From the NCBI GenBank assembly GCA_009693235.1, contig SHXR01000007.1, forward strand, positions 11,916 to 75,915: a stretch of 64,000 bases of DNA. Reading direction: 5' to 3'. The translations under genes and the position numbers were made by a program. This DNA comes from Betaproteobacteria bacterium. Lineage in GTDB: Bacteria > Pseudomonadota > Gammaproteobacteria > Burkholderiales > SG8-39. Below, in pieces: positions 58,066-64,000 of the stretch; the first letter of the stretch is position 1, and each line of letters starts with the position of its first letter. The notes beneath the pieces are model-generated. The model was given only the letters and a program-made list of their open reading frames with translations. It did no database searches and was not told the DNA's origin.

Positions 58066-58932
58066 ATGACCCGTCCCCTCCGTATCGAATACCCCGGCGC
58101 TGTCTATCACGTTACTTCCCGCGGCAACGCTCGCCAACGAGTCTTTCTCGATGGTGATGACCGCGAAGCTTTCTTGGCGACCTTGGCATGGGTGGTTGAA
58201 CGCTTTGGCTGGCTTTGCCACGCCTATTGTTTGATGGACAACCACTTTCACTTGTTGATCGAGACGCCAGAAGCCAATCTTTCCCGCGGCATGCGCCAAT
58301 TGAATGGCGTCTACACACAGACCTTCAATCGCCGCCATCAGCGAGCCGGTCATCTGTTCCGCGGGCGATTCAAGGGGATTCTGGTCGAGAAAGATAGTTA
58401 CCTTCTGGAATTGAGTCGCTACATCGTCCTCAATCCGGTGCGAGCAAAAGTGGTCAAGCATCCCGGGCGCTACGCTTGGAGCAGCTACCGCGCAACGTTG
58501 GGGGTGGCACCGGTGCCGCCGGCTCTGACCATCGACCGGCTATTGGAGCGGTTCGCAAAAACCCGATCCGTCGCCCAGAAGCGCTATGCGGAGTTTGTGC
58601 AGGCCGGAATTGGCGGCGCATCGCCCTGGGAGAAATTAAAGGGGCAGGTGCTTTTGGGGGATGTCGCCTTCATTGAAAAAATGGCGCCGCAACTCAACCA
58701 GCGCCTGGCATCGATGGAAACTTCCCGGCGGCGGCGACTGATGCATCGTCCGTCGCTCAAGACACTGTTGGCGGGAACAAAATCCAAGGAAGCGCGAAAT
58801 AGTATGCTCGCTCGCGCATACCTGGAGCATGGCTACACCCTTGCAGAACTTGGCCGTGCCACCGATTTGCACTTTGCGACGGTGAGTCGAATCATCAAGG
58901 CGGTCGAGAAAAAATCGCAAAGCAAGATGTGA
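58066..58932 (+). CDS. HUH/Y1 transposase-like protein (IS200/REP-associated RAYT-type) with C-terminal HTH
   Basis: Intact 288-aa ORF. YHVTSRGN, HUH motif DNHFHLLIE, catalytic Tyr context LSRYIVLNPVRA. The C-terminal ~60 aa form a DnaA-domain-IV-like HTH (YTLAELGRATDLHFATVSRIIKAVE). No terminal IS ends are seen next to the gene. Confidence 0.8.
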   Translation: MTRPLRIEYPGAVYHVTSRGNARQRVFLDGDDREAFLATLAWVVERFGWLCHAYCLMDNHFHLLIETPEANLSRGMRQLNGVYTQTFNRRHQRAGHLFRGRFKGILVEKDSYLLELSRYIVLNPVRAKVVKHPGRYAWSSYRATLGVAPVPPALTIDRLLERFAKTRSVAQKRYAEFVQAGIGGASPWEKLKGQVLLGDVAFIEKMAPQLNQRLASMETSRRRRLMHRPSLKTLLAGTKSKEARNSMLARAYLEHGYTLAELGRATDLHFATVSRIIKAVEKKSQSKM

Positions 58933-58936
58933 CGCC

Positions 58937-59742
58937 ATGACCCGCACATTGCTGGAAAGCGCCTATACCCAAGGGCGCGACAGTATCTACCACACGAGCG
59001 AGCTCACCCGTGGCCCTTGGCATCCTGATCGCCAGCACGCCGGCCCGCCGTTGCGTTGGCGTGCCGCGCGATGGAGCGCGTCGCAGAGGGGAGTGGCCTC
59101 ACCCATATCGCCCGCCTCACCGCTAATCTGCTGCGCCCGATTCCGCTCGGCGATCTCACCGTCAGCGTGGCGACCGATTACGTCGGGCGCAATGCCGGCC
59201 ACTATTCCGCGCAGCTTTTCGCTGCCGGCAAGGAGGTCGCGCGCTTCACCGCGCTCGCGCAACGAGAGAATCCGATGCGGCTGCCTCAATTGCACCCCGA
59301 TGCGCCACAGGAAACAGCGCCACGCACGCTCGAAGCGTCGCCGCCTTGCCAATTTCCGTTTGCCGGCCACCATGTGGGTTATGCCGATCTGGTCGAGACG
59401 CGTCTTGCCAAAGGGCGTATCTTCGATGGGCCCTGTGCCACCCGGTTCCGATTGTGTTTTCCACTCGTGCAAGGCGAGTCAACGAGCGATTTTCAACGCA
59501 TCGCGGTATTCGCCGATTCAGGAAATGGCATTAGCGCTCCACTCGATTTTGCCAAGTACATCTTCGTCAACGCCAATCTGACCATCAACTTTCTAAGGAA
59601 GCCGCGTGGCGATTGGATCTGCCTCGACGCGCAGTCGCATGTTGCGTCAAACGGAGCCGGCGTTACCACATCCAAGTTGTTCGATACCGAAGGACTGATT
59701 GGTTTCGCGACGCAAAGCCTCGCGGTACGGCCGCGTGAGTGA
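58937..59742 (+). pseudogene. acyl-CoA thioesterase-like (double hotdog, TesB/4HBT_3-type) protein, one frameshift
   Basis: ATG 58937 gives MTRTLLESAYTQGRDSIYHTSELTRGPWHPDRQHAGPP. The sequence continues as (V)ALACRAMERVAEGSGLTHIARLTANLLRPIPLGDLTV... in ORF 59056..59742. The switch is near 59047-59051. Confidence 0.7.
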
Positions 59743-59766
59743 GCGGCCGACGCGTTGATCCGGCCC

Positions 59767-60726
59767 TTAAGTAGTCTTGGTCGCCTTCTCAGGCCTTGGC
59801 CATCGCGCCGCCACGCGTGGCAGCACTTCGTCGATCAAGCGTCTGGTCTGCGTCATCATGTCTGCGTCACCACGCCCTAGCGGCCGCAAGATGAATTTCG
59901 ACGCACCGGCTTCGATGTAGGCGGCGAGGCGCGTGAGGATGGAGTCGGCGTCACCGAACACGAAGTAGTCCAAGGGATCCTTGTTGGTGCGCTTTCGATA
60001 GGCGTCCATCAAGCGCTCCATACCGCTCCCTTCCGCCGTGCCGAAGCGAAACGGGAAGGCCGCTCCGTAATGGTCCTCATCGATAGTCCGACCAAGTGCC
60101 CGCGCCGCAGCATCGATGCCGGCGACGATCGGCGCAACTTCCGCGGGCGTTTCCGGTCCGCCTTGCCAACCAGTGCCGTACTGTGCCGTGCGCTTGATCG
60201 CAGCTTCCGAGCCACCGCCAATCCAGATTGGCAGCTCCGCTTGCACCGGACGTGGGGCGATCGATGCACCCTTCAAGGTCCAATACGCGCCCTGATAGTC
60301 CACCGACGGCTCGGTCCAGAGGCGCCGCACGATGATGAGCGCTTCATTGGTGCGCCGGCCGCGTGTCTTGGTGTCGATGTCGAGCGCCGCCCACTCGGGG
60401 GCCATTGGACTGCCGATACCGAATCCCGGCAGCAGGCGCCCGCCCGACAGCATGTCGATCGTGGCGCATTGCTTGGCGGCAAGTACGGGATCACGGAGCG
60501 CAAGCGACACGACATTCATACCGAATTTGATGCGCTTGGTACGACCGGCCAACGCACCCATCGTCACCATACACTCGAGAATCACTTCCTTGCTGATCAG
60601 GCGATCGGTCTGCCAGAGCGAATCGACGCCGCCCGCTTCGCAAAGATCCACCCAGCGCCAAAAACCCGCGGCACCCTCAAATGGAAATTCCTGCAGGCCA
60701 AGACCAACGGCGATGCTACGGGTCAT
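59767..60726 (-). CDS. LLM-class flavin/F420-dependent oxidoreductase
   Basis: From internal ATG 60726 (AAGGAGA SD). MTRSIAVGLGLQEFPFEG...DSLWQTDRLIS...IDMLSGGRLLPGFGIGS...LPIWIGGGS. Confidence 0.85.
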   Translation of the reverse strand: MTRSIAVGLGLQEFPFEGAAGFWRWVDLCEAGGVDSLWQTDRLISKEVILECMVTMGALAGRTKRIKFGMNVVSLALRDPVLAAKQCATIDMLSGGRLLPGFGIGSPMAPEWAALDIDTKTRGRRTNEALIIVRRLWTEPSVDYQGAYWTLKGASIAPRPVQAELPIWIGGGSEAAIKRTAQYGTGWQGGPETPAEVAPIVAGIDAAARALGRTIDEDHYGAAFPFRFGTAEGSGMERLMDAYRKRTNKDPLDYFVFGDADSILTRLAAYIEAGASKFILRPLGRGDADMMTQTRRLIDEVLPRVAARWPRPEKATKTT

Positions 60727-60758
60727 GCGTTCTCCTTGCTCTCGTGCGGGCACGCGCT

Positions 60759-60857
60759 CTTAGGGAATAACTGAACAAGGGGGCTCGCCCCCTCGTAACT
60801 CCCTGAAAAGTATGAGCACGCTGATTGCGCGCGATAGCTTAATCAGCGTTTCCTTAG
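60759..60857 (-). repeat. dual-hairpin intergenic repeat, full copy C (inverted orientation)
   Basis: cttagggaataactgaacaagggggctcgccccctcgtaactccctgaaaagtatgagcacgctgattgcgcgcgatagcttaatcagcgtttccttag is the reverse complement of the copy A/B architecture. It lies 33 nt upstream of the LLM gene start. Confidence 0.9.
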
Positions 60858-61023
60858 ATTCTATGCCCACTCTGCACATCAAACAGATGCGCATGCCGAG
60901 CTTGCGGCGCAAGGACCGTGGTGGTCTTCAACCGCTGGTGCGGCGCCTTGATCTTCGCACGCATCGCGACCCGCAGCTTTGCATCGATGACGTCTCTCAC
61001 GGTACCTCCACCGTAAGGGATTC

Positions 61024-61052
61024 AAAGGCCGCCTAGGCCGCCTTTTTTCTTT
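61024..61052 (+). terminator. intrinsic terminator with no annotated upstream gene
   Basis: aaaggccgcc-ta-ggccgccttt stem (one C/C mismatch) running into ttttttcttt on the + strand. Confidence 0.6.
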
Positions 61053-61075
61053 ACTGGCGTTCGATGAATCGCGCG

Positions 61076-61117
61076 GCGCTTGCCCCCGATCGCTTGCCCC
61101 CGATCGATTGCTCCCGA
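61076..61117 (+). repeat. 14-bp tandem repeat, 3 copies
   Basis: cgcttgcccccgat, cgcttgcccccgat, cgattgctcccgat, in the 485-bp intergenic region upstream of the VOC gene. Confidence 0.8.
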
Positions 61118-61147
61118 TTCATCGTCCATCAACGATCAGGCGCGGCG

Positions 61148-61173
61148 CTTAGTGAATAACTGCCCCCCCTGAG
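61148..61173 (-). repeat. dual-hairpin repeat, short degenerate fragment
   Basis: cttagtgaataactgccccccctgag resembles the terminal 26 nt of copy C (cttagggaataactgaacaagggggc). Confidence 0.45.
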
Positions 61174-61521
61174 ATCCATGCAGGATCAACGGTACTGACT
61201 CATCTCGCCGTCAGCATCGGTGCAGGAACGCTCCATTCCAAGGCACTCTGCCCGACGAGGGCCTTACATCCGGCGAACATGACGAAGGTACACGTGAGCA
61301 GCAGCGCTGTATTCAATTGGCGGTTGCTTCGATTCATGGTGACCGGATCCCGGGCGAGCAAGATTTGCTACGTCCCACGATAACGCACCGACGCTTCTTT
61401 GACCTCCAAGCTGGTACGAACCGGGTTCACAATGCCCCTCTCGGTACAGGTGCATAATCCTTTCATACGGGGGCGGAAACGTCGCTACGCAACGACGACC
61501 CCCTTTCCATGAGGAGACAGC

Positions 61522-62028
61522 ATGTCCGCACAGCCGCCAGTCACCGTTGAGCGTTTTGCCAATCCGGCCCTGAAACTTCGTTACCTCTCGCACGGCACCC
61601 TCGAATCCAAAGACCTCGAACGGGCCCGCCGGTTCTATACCCAGTTCCTTGGCCTCGAAGTCATCCGCACCAGCCCGATTTCGCTCCTCATTCGCTTGGG
61701 CGGCACCAACACGATCGCAGTCGTCGAGCAGAAAAAGCGCACCGATGTGATGTCGGTGCTGTATCACAATGGCCTCGACGTCGAAACCCAAGCGGAAGTC
61801 AATGAATGCCACCGCCTCGTCGTTGAACATGCGGCGCAATGGGATCTCAAAAAAATCGGCAAGCCCGCGCTTCAGCACGGCACGTATAGTTTTTTCTTCT
61901 GGGATATGGACGACAATTGTTGGGAGATTCTCACCAATCCTCCCGGTGGCTACAGCTGGCTTTTCGAGATGGGCGACCTCGAAGGCAAAGGACATCTGGA
62001 TCGCAATTTCAAGCGGCCGGGAGCGTAA
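61522..62028 (+). CDS. VOC (glyoxalase/bleomycin resistance/extradiol dioxygenase) family protein
   Basis: 168-aa ORF behind GAGGAGA. LRYLSHGTLESKDLERARRFYTQFLGLEV...SFFFWDMDDNCWEI. Confidence 0.75.
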   Translation: MSAQPPVTVERFANPALKLRYLSHGTLESKDLERARRFYTQFLGLEVIRTSPISLLIRLGGTNTIAVVEQKKRTDVMSVLYHNGLDVETQAEVNECHRLVVEHAAQWDLKKIGKPALQHGTYSFFFWDMDDNCWEILTNPPGGYSWLFEMGDLEGKGHLDRNFKRPGA

Positions 62029-62062
62029 GTCAATCGGATTGGACACTGCGCCGCGACGCCGC

Positions 62063-63292
62063 ATGACTATTCTCCACACGGTCTCCGCAAGGACGCAAGA
62101 CTCCTTGTCGGACGATTCGGCATGGATGAGCGATAGCGAACGCGAGCTCTTCGAGCGCGCCCGCTTGATGCAGCCCACCCTCGCCGCAACCGAGGCATCG
62201 ACGCGGGAGGCCCGTGAAGTGCCTGCCGAACACATCCGCGCGCTGCATAGCGCGGACCTCATCCGTATTCTCCAACCCAACCGATTCGGCGGCCTGCAAG
62301 GCAACACGCGTGTCTTTTCGCGCATCGTCGAGGAGCTCGCGCTCGGCTGCTCGGCCACCGCATGGGTCTATGCCGTGTTCGGCGAGCATCAATGGGTCAT
62401 CGCGTGTTTCCCGGAGCAGGCGCAGATCGATGTATGGGGTAGCAATCCGAACGCCGTCGCATCATCGAGCCTGGTGCCGCGCGGCACCTTGCAGACGGTC
62501 GCGGGCGGCTACCGATTGAGCGGCAGTTATCCGTTTTCAAGTGGCTGCGGCCATGCACAATGGGGACTGGTCGGCGCGTTTTGTACCGACGAAGAGGGCG
62601 GTCGGTATCAACGCTATTGCCTGATACCGATGGCAGAAATTTTGGTGAAGGACGATTGGCATGTGCTGGGCCTGGAAGGCACCGGCAGTCGCAGTCTCGT
62701 GTTGAATGACGTGTTCGTGCCGGCGCACCGGACCGTGCCCTTTCGCGACTTGATCGCCGGCACCACGCCCGGTACGGCGGTGCATCCTCACTATCCAATG
62801 ATGCGCGCGCCACGCAACATGTTCGCACCGTTCTCACAACCGCCGGTGGTCCTTGGACTGGTGCGGCGACTCCTCGCACTGGTCGCAGAAATGGTGAAGA
62901 CGCGCGTCTCACGTGGAACGACCAAAGTCGCCGATTCGGAAGTGACCCATGTCAAGCTGGCCGAATCCGCTGCCGCGATCGAGTTTGCGATTCGCCAATT
63001 CCGGTGGCGATGTGAGCGGAGCGTCACGGCGCTTTACTCGGGTGTGCCGATTCCACAAGAAGAACGTCTGGCGACTCGCCGCGACATCGTCTACTCGCAT
63101 CGCCTCATTCGATCGGCCACCGAGCACCTATGCGAGTTGGCCGGCGCCACATTCGTCTACGACACGAGCCCATTGCAGCCGATCATCCGCGACATCCAAA
63201 CCTGCCTCACCCATGGCGTGGCGGTATTCGAGACGGCGATGGTCCCGTACGGCCGATCGATGCTGGGCTTGGAGCCGTCGCCGCCGGTGTAA
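62063..63292 (+). CDS. acyl-CoA dehydrogenase-fold flavin-dependent monooxygenase (HsaA/HpaH-C2-like oxygenase component)
   Basis: From internal ATG 62063 (409 aa). LIRILQPNRFGGLQGN...LALGCSATAWVYAVFGEHQW...GYRLSGSYPFSSGCGHAQW...WHVLGLEGTGSRSLVLNDVFVPAHR. Confidence 0.75.
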   Translation: MTILHTVSARTQDSLSDDSAWMSDSERELFERARLMQPTLAATEASTREAREVPAEHIRALHSADLIRILQPNRFGGLQGNTRVFSRIVEELALGCSATAWVYAVFGEHQWVIACFPEQAQIDVWGSNPNAVASSSLVPRGTLQTVAGGYRLSGSYPFSSGCGHAQWGLVGAFCTDEEGGRYQRYCLIPMAEILVKDDWHVLGLEGTGSRSLVLNDVFVPAHRTVPFRDLIAGTTPGTAVHPHYPMMRAPRNMFAPFSQPPVVLGLVRRLLALVAEMVKTRVSRGTTKVADSEVTHVKLAESAAAIEFAIRQFRWRCERSVTALYSGVPIPQEERLATRRDIVYSHRLIRSATEHLCELAGATFVYDTSPLQPIIRDIQTCLTHGVAVFETAMVPYGRSMLGLEPSPPV

Positions 63293-63422
63293 GGCATTCG
63301 CGCAGAAGTCCGGGACAGTCCTTGCCGGGATGATGTTCGCAAGACATGCCACAATCGTGTTTCACTTGCGACCGGCCGTGTCGCCGACACGCAAATGGGC
63401 ATTTCAATAACGGGAGACGGCC

Positions 63423-64000
63423 ATGGCAACGAACGGAAGAATTCTTACCACCCATGTAGGCAGCCTTGCGCGCCCGCATGACCTGCTCGACATGATGAAG
63501 GCGCAACTCACCGGACAATCCTATGATGAGCCGGCTTACCACGCTCGGGTCAGCAAGGCGGTCGCAGATATCGTCAAGCAGCAGGTCGCATGCGGCATCG
63601 ACATCGTCGCCGACGGCGAGCAATCCAAACCAGGCTTCTTCTCCTATGTAAGCGAACGGCTGGAAGGCTTTCAGGCGATGCCTGATCGCAAGATCAATCT
63701 CTTCGCGGCGGAAATGGCCGCATTCCCGGAGTACTACGCGCAGTACTTCAAGGAAGCGATGCTGGGCGGCATGTTGATGCCTTTCGTGCCGCTCGTGTGC
63801 GTCGGGCCGGTCAAATACAAAAATCTTGCACCACTCAAGCGCGACATCGAGAATCTGAAGGCGGCGGTCAAAGCCGGCAAGGCCAAGAGTGCGTTCATGC
63901 CCGCGGTGGCGCCAAGCGGCATTGGCCTCAACGATTACTACAAGAACGCCGAAGACTATTATCAAGCCGTTGGTAAGGCAATGAGCGTGGAGTACCACGC
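63423..64000 (+). CDS. cobalamin-independent methionine synthase (MetE C-terminal domain)-like protein, 3' end outside the window
   Basis: ATG 63423 behind GGGAGA, and the frame stays open to the window edge. MATNGRILTTHVGSLARPHDLLDMM...GIDIVADGEQSKPGFFSYV is the typical N-terminus of MetE-like single-domain proteins. Confidence 0.7.
   Translation, partial: MATNGRILTTHVGSLARPHDLLDMMKAQLTGQSYDEPAYHARVSKAVADIVKQQVACGIDIVADGEQSKPGFFSYVSERLEGFQAMPDRKINLFAAEMAAFPEYYAQYFKEAMLGGMLMPFVPLVCVGPVKYKNLAPLKRDIENLKAAVKAGKAKSAFMPAVAPSGIGLNDYYKNAEDYYQAVGKAMSVEYH

Noticed and set aside
5391-59051. Programmed ribosomal frameshifting as an explanation for the split genes.
   Set aside because: The sites are ordinary 2-5 nt homopolymers with no shared slippery heptamer and no downstream stimulatory structure. 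The affected families (Bug, SDR, LemA, Slt, PcaD and others) are not known to use recoding.
60854-61000. 48-codon minus-strand ORF (GTG 61000; VRDVIDAKLRVAMRAKIKAPHQRLKTTTVLAPQARHAHLFDVQSGHRI) behind a GGAGG.
   Set aside because: SD spacing is only 4 nt. Its stop lies inside the repeat copy, there is no recognisable fold or family, and no terminator on that strand. It is noted only as an alternative in the sRNA/small-ORF finding.

Overview
GC-rich chromosomal segment, probably from a Proteobacterium. Three orphan Bug/TctC-type receptors, many LLM, cupin and MDR oxidoreductases and Liv-type ABC importers suggest a Burkholderiales-like betaproteobacterium, but that is inference only. I resolve about 59 protein-coding loci and no rRNA, tRNA, CRISPR or prophage. 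Most genes are metabolic or transport: Amt and APC permeases, a Mo-hydroxylase pair, a QOR-FAH-LLM-hydrolase operon, and a Liv-type ABC operon followed by an E2 acyltransferase, facing a divergent dehydrogenase, cupin and fused E1 alpha/beta operon, plus cysK, maiA and a yfcG-like GST. Three points stand out. (1) About 17 of the 59 loci are frame-disrupted, nonsense-interrupted or reduced to stumps. Lesion density is very uneven, with 6 lesions in one 1.7-kb gene and none in a 7-kb transporter/E2 block. This looks like ongoing gene decay, although many single lesions sit in short homopolymers and need read-level confirmation. (2) A previously unnamed ~97-99 bp intergenic repeat with two different hairpins, TA-bounded with imperfect terminal inverted repeats, occurs 4 times in full and about 6 times degenerate or partial. 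It is concentrated around a single intact HUH/Y1 (RAYT-like) transposase that carries a C-terminal HTH. (3) Several uncharacterised modules are present. These are a translationally coupled DUF2868 membrane protein and DUF3482 P-loop GTPase pair, a large lipoprotein with five Ig-like repeats plus a beta-propeller, and a split 2-oxoacid-dehydrogenase-like locus with two paralogous metal cupins, a perfect 16-bp palindrome and a 23-bp direct repeat. All homology calls come from reading the translated ORFs by eye. No database search was run, and lesion positions are good to about +/-10 nt.
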